From an uncultured Chloroflexia bacterium (GTDB lineage: Bacteria; Chloroflexota; Chloroflexia; Thermomicrobiales; UBA6265): DNA of 64,000 nucleotides. The notes under the pieces are model-generated. The model ran no database searches and was not told where the DNA came from. It saw nothing but the letters and a program-made list of their open reading frames with translations. Position 1 is the first letter of the stretch. Every line of letters starts with the position of its first letter. The DNA is taken from NCBI GenBank assembly GCA_963724295.1, contig CAVRUC010000001.1, positions 128,001 to 192,000 of the forward strand, in the 5' to 3' direction. Below are positions 38,543 through 47,576 of the stretch, piece by piece. The translations under genes were made by a program, and so were the position numbers.

Positions 38543-40091
38543 CCCAGGTCCAATTCACGGCAGGCTCGTCGACCGTCACGGTGAACGGCATCACGTAACC
38601 GGTCATGATGACGATATTGAGCAGCACCAGCCCAGCGAACACAACCCCCTGCGCCGCAGGTCGCGCCTGCCCCGGCAGCAGAGTTCGCAGCCCAAGCATC
38701 AGCAACAGCGCTCCGGCAGTGACGGCTGGAAAGTAGTACCTGGCCTGGGACAACGCGAAAGAGGTCCCGAACTGAACCACAGCCAGGTAGGCAACGACAC
38801 AGGTCAAGGCGAGCACGATCAACCCGTTTCTCTGCCAGGGCTGCGGCCGCATGACCGGGTCATTGTGCGAGCTGGGCGAGCGTCGCCAAACGTTGAACGC
38901 ATACACGGCGAGTCCCACTATACCCAGGATTGTGGGGATCGCTATCGCCCACAGCAGCCAGGGGCGGAGGTGGATCTGCCGCCACCCAAATTCGCCCCAC
39001 GTTTCCTTGAACCGATTGAGGATGAAGTCCGGGTCGGACAGGAGCTCGAAAAAGGATCCCATCGGACCGTTCCAGTACTGGAGCTCCTGGAGCCGAGCCA
39101 GCCCGCTGAAATCCCCGTACGTCCGGTAGAGGAAGAGGTACCACGGCGCCGAGAGAAGGATGGCCGGGATGCCGACCACGGCACCCCGTGTCAGGAGTCC
39201 GCGCCAATCGCGCCAGCCGACGCCGAGAACGAGCGCGGCCGCGATGATCGGCGCCACCGTGATCGCCGTAGCCTTGGACAGCAGATCTAGGCCAAATGCG
39301 ACCCCCAGCGCGGCACAAAGGCGCAAAGGAAATCGCTCCTTCATGCCAGCGATGAGACCCCAGACAATCAGTGAGGTCAGGGCGATCGCGACGATATCGT
39401 TGTTGACCATCGCCGCCTCGTAAGAGATCTGCGGCTGGAACGCGACCAGCGCCGGCACGGTCACCACCAGAAACGCATCTCCCGGGAAGAGCGACCGCGT
39501 CGCGCGGTAGGCGGCGTAGACCGTCAGCAAGCCGAACGGGATGGCGGCCAGTCGCAGCAGATATTGCTGCGCAACCGGGGACGCGGCGGTCGAGGCGGCA
39601 TACAGAGGGACCATCGTCGCGTAGTAGAGGGGCGGGTGGTTTGCCGCGTACTGGTAGCCCGACGGGAAGTAGCCCATGCCGGGCACCGTGACGATACGGG
39701 GCGGGTTGGCGCCCCAGCGCGGGCTGTCCGGGTCACAATACCAATCCAGGGTGAAGCGACAAAATGGATAGAGCTCCGCCGGGATCTCATCGGTCGGGGG
39801 CGGATCTCCGCCGTTCAGACCCGCACGCCACGTTGTCAGTTCAGGCAGCTGCGGCAGCCGGCCCTCGCTGGCCAACGTCCGTACGTAGCTGAAATGCGCG
39901 AGCTCGTCGTGCCCGCTGAACGGGTAGTAGGCGGCAACGGAGAAGAGCTGTTTGACCGCGTAGAGAATCAAGAGCACGACGATGAAGCGAGTGGCCTCAG
40001 GCCATCGCCCCGCGCTCCGGAGGCGAGTCAACCGCCATCGCCGCGAGCCCGCCGCCGGAGAAAGTGGCGAGGAGTCCTCCAGGTCACCCAT
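38535..40091 (-). CDS. GT-C glycosyltransferase (DUF2142 / PMT-like)
   Basis: HDELAHFSY after TM1, NHPPLYY, VNNDI, LSK, QARYYFP, multiple TMs. Confidence 0.75.
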   Translation of the reverse strand: MGDLEDSSPLSPAAGSRRWRLTRLRSAGRWPEATRFIVVLLILYAVKQLFSVAAYYPFSGHDELAHFSYVRTLASEGRLPQLPELTTWRAGLNGGDPPPTDEIPAELYPFCRFTLDWYCDPDSPRWGANPPRIVTVPGMGYFPSGYQYAANHPPLYYATMVPLYAASTAASPVAQQYLLRLAAIPFGLLTVYAAYRATRSLFPGDAFLVVTVPALVAFQPQISYEAAMVNNDIVAIALTSLIVWGLIAGMKERFPLRLCAALGVAFGLDLLSKATAITVAPIIAAALVLGVGWRDWRGLLTRGAVVGIPAILLSAPWYLFLYRTYGDFSGLARLQELQYWNGPMGSFFELLSDPDFILNRFKETWGEFGWRQIHLRPWLLWAIAIPTILGIVGLAVYAFNVWRRSPSSHNDPVMRPQPWQRNGLIVLALTCVVAYLAVVQFGTSFALSQARYYFPAVTAGALLLMLGLRTLLPGQARPAAQGVVFAGLVLLNIVIMTGYVMPFTVTVDEPAVNWTWGG

Positions 40092-40120
40092 TGGGCCCGT
40101 CCGTCTTCAGGCAGTGCGGG

Positions 40121-41644
40121 TCAGGATCTTCCCGCGGAGACCGGTTCCGCGACTCGCTTGATCTCGTGGTACTCGTCGTCGGCATTGACCTGGTCGAGAT
40201 CGTGACTCTCGCCAAGGATATTCTTCGCGGCCAGCAGACCCGTCTCGATGGAGTGATCCGTATTGTTGTATCGGAACGTGCCGTAGCGGCCGATAATCTG
40301 AAGGTTGTCGAGCTCGCCGATAAATGATCGAATCCTGGCCAGCGGCTCCTCATAGCCGATGACGTAGGCCGGGTACGCGCGCGGCGCCCGCACGATGAAG
40401 CCCCCAATCACCTCGTCGGGGGTTATGAACTTCAAGTCCTCGACCAGGTGCCGAACGGTCTGGGCGACGAGCTGCTCTTCGCTCATGGACCAGATGTGAT
40501 CGCCAAAGGAGCAGAAGTATTCGACCACCAGCGAGGTCAGGTCGTCGCTGGGCACCATGGCCGGGCTCCAATTCTTCGGCTCGTGGAACCGGCCGAAGAG
40601 GATGTCTTTGTCATGGACATAGAGCCAGGTGTCCGGCGTGACCTGGCGCTTCTTCAACATGATGTTGACCGTGATGATGTTCCGGAACGTGAGCGCGTCG
40701 GCGGCCGCCAGGATGTCGGCCGAGGGAGCCGGGTCCATGATCTTTGCCAGAAGCGTCAGTGGAATGGACGAGATGTAGTTGTCCGCTTCAACGCGCTCGC
40801 TGCCATTCTCTGTCGAGACCGTAATGCCGACGACGTGGTTCCCTTCGCGATGGACCTTCTCGACCCCGGTGTTGAGCCGGATCTCGTTGCCGGCCGCGCC
40901 GATGGCGTCAGCCATCCTCTCCGAGAATCGTCCGAACCCGCCGCGCGGGTACATGAACTCGTCGATCAGGCTGACCACCTTCCCCTTCGACGGGACTACC
41001 GCGTCCTTGACGGCGGTGACCAGCGACATGCCTTTCGACCGCTGTGAGACCCAGTCGCCGCTCATCTGGTCGCAGGGGAGACCCCATACCTTTTCCGAGT
41101 ATCGCTGGAAAAAGAGCCGGTAGAGCGTCGGACCGAATTGATCGATGTAGGCATCCTCCATCGATTCGACCGGCGATGGGCTGATGCGCTGCTGCACTCT
41201 GGTCCGGCCGTAGTCGGCCATCGCCCTGGCGGCCACAACCGGGCCAATCGCCTTCAAGGCATTGGAGATCTTGAGTGGGTAATCGACGTACTTGCCGTCA
41301 AAGTAGATGCGACTGACACGGTTCACCCAGAGCAGCTCGTCGGCGACGACCTCGCGGAAGAGCGCGTTGAGCTCGTCGTTCTTGGTGAACCAACGGTGCC
41401 CACCGATGTCGAATCGGAACTCGCCGTACTCGGTCTCGTGGCGAATCGTGCGCGCCAATCCGCCGACAAATGGGGCTCTCTCGAGCACCGTTGTCGGGAC
41501 ACCGGCCTTGGAAAGCACGTAGGCCGAGCAGAGACCTCCTGGTCCCGCACCCATGACCACCGTCGATCCCGCCTGCTGGGGCGTCGCTCCATTCGACGAA
41601 GCGCTATTGGATCCAAATGGGCGGCCGTTGTGTGGTGCATCCAT
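40121..41644 (-). CDS. FAD-dependent oxidoreductase of the polysaccharide-locus HemY / UDP-galactopyranose mutase-like family
   Basis: GAGPGGL, GGLART, DIGGHRWF, YSEKVWG, FMYPRGG, HEPKNWS, GRYGTFRYNNTDHS. Confidence 0.8.
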   Translation of the reverse strand: MDAPHNGRPFGSNSASSNGATPQQAGSTVVMGAGPGGLCSAYVLSKAGVPTTVLERAPFVGGLARTIRHETEYGEFRFDIGGHRWFTKNDELNALFREVVADELLWVNRVSRIYFDGKYVDYPLKISNALKAIGPVVAARAMADYGRTRVQQRISPSPVESMEDAYIDQFGPTLYRLFFQRYSEKVWGLPCDQMSGDWVSQRSKGMSLVTAVKDAVVPSKGKVVSLIDEFMYPRGGFGRFSERMADAIGAAGNEIRLNTGVEKVHREGNHVVGITVSTENGSERVEADNYISSIPLTLLAKIMDPAPSADILAAADALTFRNIITVNIMLKKRQVTPDTWLYVHDKDILFGRFHEPKNWSPAMVPSDDLTSLVVEYFCSFGDHIWSMSEEQLVAQTVRHLVEDLKFITPDEVIGGFIVRAPRAYPAYVIGYEEPLARIRSFIGELDNLQIIGRYGTFRYNNTDHSIETGLLAAKNILGESHDLDQVNADDEYHEIKRVAEPVSAGRS

Positions 41645-41824
41645 AGTTTCGAAAGACCCTCTGATTCATCCCAGCGAGGCGGCCGAACAGTACCGGCGCG
41701 CCGCGAGAGTCGATGCGTCGGCCGTCGTCAGCGGCCCTGCTCCCAACTCTGGACGTACGCCCGATCGTCGTACCTGATAGGGACAATCGCGCGGTTCGGG
41801 CGAGCATTCATGGCCACGTTTCGA

Positions 41825-42247
41825 TCACCGGCGCCAGGTGAGCGCGTTATTCAGACTGAAATTCCAGACCGCGGCAATGCCGGCGCCGATGAGGTTGGCA
41901 ATCAGGTAATCGAGTCCGATGCGATGCAGGGACACCAGCGTCAGCCAGTTGATGAGCAGCCCTCCGGAATTGATCGACCCGTAGAGCAGGGCCCGGTGCA
42001 TAACGCGGCCTCGCCCCCGGTCGTGCCAGGTCCAGCGCTCATTCAAGGCGAACGTTGCGATCATCGACAGGAATATGGCGATCGGTGAGGCCATGGCCAC
42101 CGCCAGACCGACCTGATCGACCAACGCGAATAGAGCGCCCTGGTTGACACCCAGACCGATGGCCCCGACGAGTAGAAACTTCTGGAATCGGCGAGTGATC
42201 GTTGCCGATCGGACGACAGAGCGGGGCAAGCCTTCCGAAGAGAGCAT
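41825..42247 (-). CDS. GtrA-family flippase-like protein
   Basis: KFLLVGAIG, FALNERWTW, WNFSLNNALTW. Four TMs. Confidence 0.9.
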   Translation of the reverse strand: MLSSEGLPRSVVRSATITRRFQKFLLVGAIGLGVNQGALFALVDQVGLAVAMASPIAIFLSMIATFALNERWTWHDRGRGRVMHRALLYGSINSGGLLINWLTLVSLHRIGLDYLIANLIGAGIAAVWNFSLNNALTWRR

Positions 42248-42370
42248 CAGCGGGGGTCCCTCCGCGGGCGGGTTTCAGCCACTTCTGCACGTTGATCGCG
42301 TCCAGGGAATCCGGACCCGGCAACAGTACCACGATCTCGCCGGCAACCCGATGCGGGCCAGCGCCACTGC

Positions 42371-43675
42371 TTATGGCGAGACTGCGGCGTCCTCCACTGC
42401 TTCGAAGGCTGCCCGCAACTGTGCATCCGCCGAACCCTCCAGCTCGCTCTCGGTCAGCTCAGGATCGTCCTCCGGCCGCGAAGGAAACGCGTCCCTCGCG
42501 AGCGTGACGAACTGATCGGGCTCGACCCCTTCTTTCCAGACGTGATCGCCTTCTGGCGTCAACCAGAATGCCGTAGCCAGCACGACGCTCGAACCATCGT
42601 CCTGAGGAAACGTCGTCAACACCGTACCTGTGCCGAACGTCGTTTCCCCGACAAGCCGAGCTCGTCCATTGTCGCGAAGTGCGGCAGCAAGAACTTCCGC
42701 ACCTGAAGCCGAGTCATCGTCGATTAGCACAACGAGTGCCAGGTCCTGCCAGGCGCCGGTCCGGCCGACGGTCTTGATCAGCCGAGCCTCTTGATCCCGC
42801 TCCTTCTCCTGGAAAATCGTGGATCCCTCATCGAGAAATTCCGACGCAACGCCGATCACCTCCGGCACGAGCCCGCCGGGATTGCCGCGCAGGTCGAGAA
42901 TCAGCCGCTGCGCGCCCTCCTCGCGAATGGTCTGCAGAGCGCTCCGCACCTTCTGATTGACGCTAGGCTCGAAACCGGTGACACGGAGCTGGACCGTCTT
43001 ATCTGGCAGCCAGCGCCAGGTGACCGGGTGAAGCTCGATCGTTTGCCGGGTGACCTCGACGCGCAGCGGATCGGGTTGATTGGGCCGCTCGATCGTGAGG
43101 GTCAGGTGGTCACCTTCTTTGCCGAGAATCAGATCGCGCAGGCTGCGCATATCCAAGCGGCGGGTCGAAACGTCGTCAACCTCGGCAATGACATCCCCCG
43201 GCTGGAGACCCGCGGCCTCTGCCGGCGATCCTTTCATCGTCGAAGCCACGACGGGAACGCCGCAACGGGAATCGACCTCGACGCCGATTCCGACATATTC
43301 GGCCTTCTGGGCCTCCTCCATCTCCGCTGTCGAGACCGGATCGAGGAACCCGCTGTGCCCTTCATCGCCGATTGCATCGACCATACCCTGCGCGGCGCCG
43401 TAGATGAGGTCCGCATCGTCGATCTGTTCGGGTTCCGGCCACTGCTCGTGAATAAGCTCCCAGGTCTCCTCCAGTGTCGCGAACTCCGGTCGCCCGGTCA
43501 GCGACGACTCGGCCACCGCGTCGCGTGATCCGCCCAGGTCGCTTCCGCCGGCGACCACGCCCAGCGCAAATGCACCGGCCACGATTACCGTCGCCGCGCC
43601 GGCTCTTCCCTTGCGTCCGAGAGACGTGACGACCGACGTGCGGTCACGGTCCTCGTCTACCGTCCGTGATGTCAT
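42371..43675 (-). CDS. S41 family C-terminal processing peptidase with PDZ domain
   Basis: YVGIGV, GSPAEAAGLQPGD, LDLRGNPGG, SASGAE, WLTPEG, GVEPD. TFGTG replaces the usual TFGKG. Confidence 0.9.
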   Translation of the reverse strand: MTSRTVDEDRDRTSVVTSLGRKGRAGAATVIVAGAFALGVVAGGSDLGGSRDAVAESSLTGRPEFATLEETWELIHEQWPEPEQIDDADLIYGAAQGMVDAIGDEGHSGFLDPVSTAEMEEAQKAEYVGIGVEVDSRCGVPVVASTMKGSPAEAAGLQPGDVIAEVDDVSTRRLDMRSLRDLILGKEGDHLTLTIERPNQPDPLRVEVTRQTIELHPVTWRWLPDKTVQLRVTGFEPSVNQKVRSALQTIREEGAQRLILDLRGNPGGLVPEVIGVASEFLDEGSTIFQEKERDQEARLIKTVGRTGAWQDLALVVLIDDDSASGAEVLAAALRDNGRARLVGETTFGTGTVLTTFPQDDGSSVVLATAFWLTPEGDHVWKEGVEPDQFVTLARDAFPSRPEDDPELTESELEGSADAQLRAAFEAVEDAAVSP

Positions 43676-43817
43676 GGTGGATCGTTCCTTTGCTACGCTG
43701 ATACCGCCTAAATCACTAATGCCTGTGATACGTATGCGATGATCGCCGGGTTCCGCACGGGCTCAATACCGACGGCGCATCGGTCGACTGCGGAGACAGT
43801 CCTCCGCTGTGGGCCTA

Positions 43818-43861
43818 TGGTATACTCACCTGTCGCGGGTGCGTTGGCGCACCCACTTTTT
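43818..43861 (+). promoter_or_regulatory. Extended -10 promoter and terminator-like hairpin in the rplU leader
   Basis: TGGTATACT at 43818-43826. GGGTGCG-TTGG-CGCACCC followed by ACTTTTT. Confidence 0.5.
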
Positions 43862-43920
43862 GCGTTGCACGGAACCCGGGTACCCATCCCGCCGGTGTGG
43901 AAGAGCGAGCGAAGATCGTC

Positions 43921-44316
43921 ATGACCGAATCAGGATCGAGCACCGAGCCAGAGCAGCCGCTTATGCCGACCCAGCCACGCTCCGACGCGGGTTCGGGCAG
44001 CAGACCGTATGCCATTATCGAGACCGGCGGCAAGCAGTATCGTGTCGCGGTCGGTGACCGTCTTTCAATCGAAAAGCTGCCAGTCGAGGCGGGCGCGGGC
44101 ATCACATTCGATCGGGTGCTCATGGTCGGCGGCGACGGATCGCCCAGAGTCGGCACACCACTCGTGGCCGGGGCCACCGTCCAGGCAGAAGTCGAGCAGC
44201 AATTTCGCGGTCCGAAAATCGTCGTTTTCAAGTACAAGCCGAAGAAGCGATACCGGCGTCGCACGGGCCACCGCCAGGCGATGACGCGGGTGGCGATCAC
44301 GGCGATCAACGCCTAG
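43921..44316 (+). CDS. rplU: 50S ribosomal protein L21 with N-terminal extension
   Basis: YAIIETGGKQYRV and KYKPKKRYRRRTGHRQ. Start is uncertain. Confidence 0.97.
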   Translation: MTESGSSTEPEQPLMPTQPRSDAGSGSRPYAIIETGGKQYRVAVGDRLSIEKLPVEAGAGITFDRVLMVGGDGSPRVGTPLVAGATVQAEVEQQFRGPKIVVFKYKPKKRYRRRTGHRQAMTRVAITAINA

Positions 44317-44343
44317 ATCAGCAGAATCAAGGGAGAGACAGTC

Positions 44344-44682
44344 ATGGCTCACAAGAAAGGCGTTGGCAGCTCGCGGAACGGTCGTGATAGCGAGTCGAAA
44401 CGGCTCGGTGTCAAACGAGCCGATGGCCAGTTCGTTCGCTCCGGAACGATCGTGGTTCGCCAGCGCGGAACGCAGTTCTGGGTCGGGCAGAACGTTGGCA
44501 TCGGCAAGGACCACACGATCTACGCCAAGATCGATGGCGTGGTGCGCTTCGAGCCGGTAACCCGTGCCAAGCGGCGTATCAGCGTCTACCCACCAGATGT
44601 CTACCCGGTCGGCGGTGGCAAGGAACTCATCAAGCCGGCCTATGAATCGATTGTTTACGCGGAATCAGGAGCGGCCGACTAA
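44344..44682 (+). CDS. rpmA: 50S ribosomal protein L27
   Basis: [30 protein letters not shown]. Confidence 0.98.
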   Translation: MAHKKGVGSSRNGRDSESKRLGVKRADGQFVRSGTIVVRQRGTQFWVGQNVGIGKDHTIYAKIDGVVRFEPVTRAKRRISVYPPDVYPVGGGKELIKPAYESIVYAESGAAD

Positions 44683-44742
44683 CTCCGGGCGTTACCTGTT
44701 CCGTCTGATTTGCCTCTTGCGTGGTATGGAGCTCTCTTCCCA

Positions 44743-45099
44743 ATGAAGCCTGGAATTCACCCCGAATATGTCGAAGCCACGGTCACCTGTGCCTGTGGCA
44801 ATACCTTTGTCACGCGATCGACGAAGCCGTCCCTGCGCACCGATCTCTGTAACGTCTGTCATCCGTTCTACACGGGCGAGCAGCGAATCGTGGACACCGC
44901 CGGGCAGGTCGAGCGCTTCATGCGTCGAGTCGAGGCCGCGGCGGGATCGAGTCGTCCGTCCAAGCGCCAGTCGCGCCTGTCGGCTCGAGCCGAGCGCGAT
45001 GCCGCCGCGCGACGGGGTACCGAGACCGAAGATGCCGCTCCTGAAGCGGCGGAAGATGTCGTCGGAGCAGCCTCAGGCGCCAGCGGCGACACTGCCTGA
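44743..45099 (+). CDS. rpmE: 50S ribosomal protein L31, zinc-binding type
   Basis: [32 protein letters not shown]. Confidence 0.97.
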   Translation: MKPGIHPEYVEATVTCACGNTFVTRSTKPSLRTDLCNVCHPFYTGEQRIVDTAGQVERFMRRVEAAAGSSRPSKRQSRLSARAERDAAARRGTETEDAAPEAAEDVVGAASGASGDTA

Positions 45100-45128
45100 T
45101 CGTCGGGCGCCACAATCGTGTCCTCGGT

Positions 45129-45160
45129 GGAGACCCGCTTCCAGCGGGTCTCCGTTATTT
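45129..45160 (+). terminator. Intrinsic terminator after rpmE
   Basis: GGAGACCCGCT-TCC-AGCGGGTCTCC followed by GTTATTT. Confidence 0.7.
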
Positions 45161-45308
45161 CCGGATCGGTCTGCCCGCGCGCGTATGATGGGGTCCGGCC
45201 TGGAATTTGCTAAAACACCTGAACAGAGCAGATTGCCGAATCCGCGCGGGGAGAAGCCGCATGCGCGAGGGGACATCCACCGCGATCTGGCAAAGAACAG
45301 GAGAGAGC

Positions 45309-45824
45309 TTGGCAGTTCAGGGCAACGACGTCGGCTCGATCCTCGCGTTCATCGAGATCCCTCGCGGTAGCCGCAACAAGTACGAGTACGACGAAGGGAC
45401 TGGACGGTTTCTGCTCGACCGGGTCCTCTATTCGTCGGTCCACTATCCGACAGACTACGGATTCATCACCGAGACGCTGGCAGAAGACGGCGATTCCCTC
45501 GACGTGCTCGTCCTGGTGCAGGAACCGACGTTCCCTGGTTGCCTGATCCCTGCTCGACCGCTTGGCGGCCTCGATATGCACGACGAGAAGGGCTCAGACT
45601 TCAAGGTCCTCGCCGTGCCAGTCGGCGATCCGCGCTATGCCCATGTGCGGACGCTGGCCGATATCGGGAACCATTGGTTGCGCGAGATCGAGACCTTCTT
45701 CGCCACGTACAAGCAGCTGGAACCGAAGCAGACCGAGGTTCTGGGCTGGCACGACCTCGAGGAGACGCTGCGGACGGTTGCCACCTGCCGCGAGCGGTAT
45801 CGCGTGGCCCGCGGCGGCCAATAG
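45309..45824 (+). CDS. ppa: Family I inorganic pyrophosphatase
   Basis: EIPRGSRNKYEYD, LDRVL, YPTDYGFI, DGDSLDV, DFKVL, FFATYK. Confidence 0.95.
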   Translation: MAVQGNDVGSILAFIEIPRGSRNKYEYDEGTGRFLLDRVLYSSVHYPTDYGFITETLAEDGDSLDVLVLVQEPTFPGCLIPARPLGGLDMHDEKGSDFKVLAVPVGDPRYAHVRTLADIGNHWLREIETFFATYKQLEPKQTEVLGWHDLEETLRTVATCRERYRVARGGQ

Positions 45825-45926
45825 TTAACTTGCCACGCTTGGACGTGATTTCCGGGGTGGGTGTTTCACGCGTCCCAGCGCACCGTCAACAGGACCTCAC
45901 GGTCGCGTCGGAACTTGGATGAATCA

Positions 45927-47510
45927 ATGGAGCGAATCCGCAACCGTCAGAGCGGCGTAATCTGTCACCCAACATCGTTTCCGGGACCGCACGGGATCGG
46001 AGACTTCGGCGAAGCCGCGTTTCGCTACGTCGATTGGCTCGCTCGCGGGCGGCAAACGCTCTGGCAGCTATTGCCGCTTGGCCCGACCGGCCTGGGAAAC
46101 TCTCCCTATGCGTCGCCGTCCGCCTTCGCCGGCAATGAGCTCCTCATCTCCCTCCCCTGGTTGGCCGGAGATGGTCTACTCGACCCCGCTGCCTTTGACG
46201 ACGCCCCACCGTTTTCCACGTCTTGTGTCGAATATGACGACGTACGCGCATTCAAGCGGCCACTGCTGCGCAAGGCATTCGATCGCTTTCGCCGCGGCGC
46301 CGCGTCGGAATATCGCCCCGCCCTCGACGTGTTCCGGGACCAGCAGGCAGGATGGCTGGAGGACTACGCCACCTTCATGGCCCTGAAGAGCGCCCATAGC
46401 GAAGGCGCCTGGAGCGACTGGCCGGCTGAAGTCGCCCTCAGGGAGACCGCTGCGCTCGCTGCCGCGAAGGAGCGTTTCAGAGACGAGATTCGGTTTCACG
46501 AGTTCACACAATTCCTGTTTCACCGGCAGTGGACCGAGGTGCGTCGCTACGCGAACCAGCGGGGCATCGCCGTGCTCGGCGACCTGCCGATCTTCGTCGC
46601 CTATGACAGTGCCGATGTCTGGGCGCATCGAGACCTGTTCCGGCTCGATCCACACGGCCGTCCGACGGTCGTGGCCGGCGTTCCTCCCGATGCCTTTACC
46701 GCGGAGGGGCAGTTCTGGGGAAATCCGATCTATGACTGGAACCGCAGCGCTGAAACCGGCTATGCCTGGTGGATCGAGCGGGTCCGGTCCTCGCTCCAGC
46801 AGGTCGACGTGCTCCGCATCGACCACTTCCGCGCCTTCGCCGCATCCTGGGTCGTGCCGGCCGATGCTCGCACCGCCGCGGCTGGCCACTGGGAGAAGGG
46901 ACCAGGACGGGCCATCTTCGACGCCATGGAGCAAGCGCTGGGAGAGCTCTCTTTCATCGTCGAGGATCTCGGACTCATCACCCCGGATGTCGTCGCGCTG
47001 CGCGAAGAGCTCGGGTTCCCCGGCATGAAAGTGTTGCAATTCGCGTTCGACAGCGGCCCCGCCAATGCCTATCTTCCACACAATTACGTGCCGGATTCAG
47101 TGGTCTACACAGGGACCCATGACAACCAGACGACGATCGGTTGGTTCCGCACATTGCCAGATCCGGTGCGCGCCAGTGCGCAGCGATACCTGGGACGCGA
47201 TGGCAGCGATATCGCGTGGGATCTGATTCGCACCGCGCTGGCTTCGATCGCCGACCGTGCTATTGCCCCATTGCAGGATGTGATGCGTCTCGATGATGAC
47301 GCCCGCATGAATGCCCCGGGCAGCCCGTCCGGCAATTGGGCCTGGCGCTACGCTCCGCACCAGCTGCACGAAGGGCTGGCGGACGGGCTGCGCGAACTGA
47401 CCGACACCTACGGTCGATCGGCCGCGATCGAGCTGCCGCGGGGACACGATCCGTATGACTACACGGCGCCGGATGCGACCCACCTGCTGCATATGCACGC
47501 GAGTCCGTGA
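45927..47510 (+). CDS. malQ: 4-alpha-glucanotransferase (GH77)
   Basis: HPTSFPG, WQLLPLGP, GDLPIFV, RIDHFR, EDLG, YTGTHDN. Confidence 0.96.
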   Translation: MERIRNRQSGVICHPTSFPGPHGIGDFGEAAFRYVDWLARGRQTLWQLLPLGPTGLGNSPYASPSAFAGNELLISLPWLAGDGLLDPAAFDDAPPFSTSCVEYDDVRAFKRPLLRKAFDRFRRGAASEYRPALDVFRDQQAGWLEDYATFMALKSAHSEGAWSDWPAEVALRETAALAAAKERFRDEIRFHEFTQFLFHRQWTEVRRYANQRGIAVLGDLPIFVAYDSADVWAHRDLFRLDPHGRPTVVAGVPPDAFTAEGQFWGNPIYDWNRSAETGYAWWIERVRSSLQQVDVLRIDHFRAFAASWVVPADARTAAAGHWEKGPGRAIFDAMEQALGELSFIVEDLGLITPDVVALREELGFPGMKVLQFAFDSGPANAYLPHNYVPDSVVYTGTHDNQTTIGWFRTLPDPVRASAQRYLGRDGSDIAWDLIRTALASIADRAIAPLQDVMRLDDDARMNAPGSPSGNWAWRYAPHQLHEGLADGLRELTDTYGRSAAIELPRGHDPYDYTAPDATHLLHMHASP

Positions 47511-47576
47511 GACCGCACCAACCGTTTGATATGACGTTGAGCCCGAACATCGGGGCGGGTAGAAGGGAGGAATGAC

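Noticed and set aside
37899..39290. 463-aa plus-strand ORF
   Set aside because: Antisense to the GT-C genes with no recognisable motifs.
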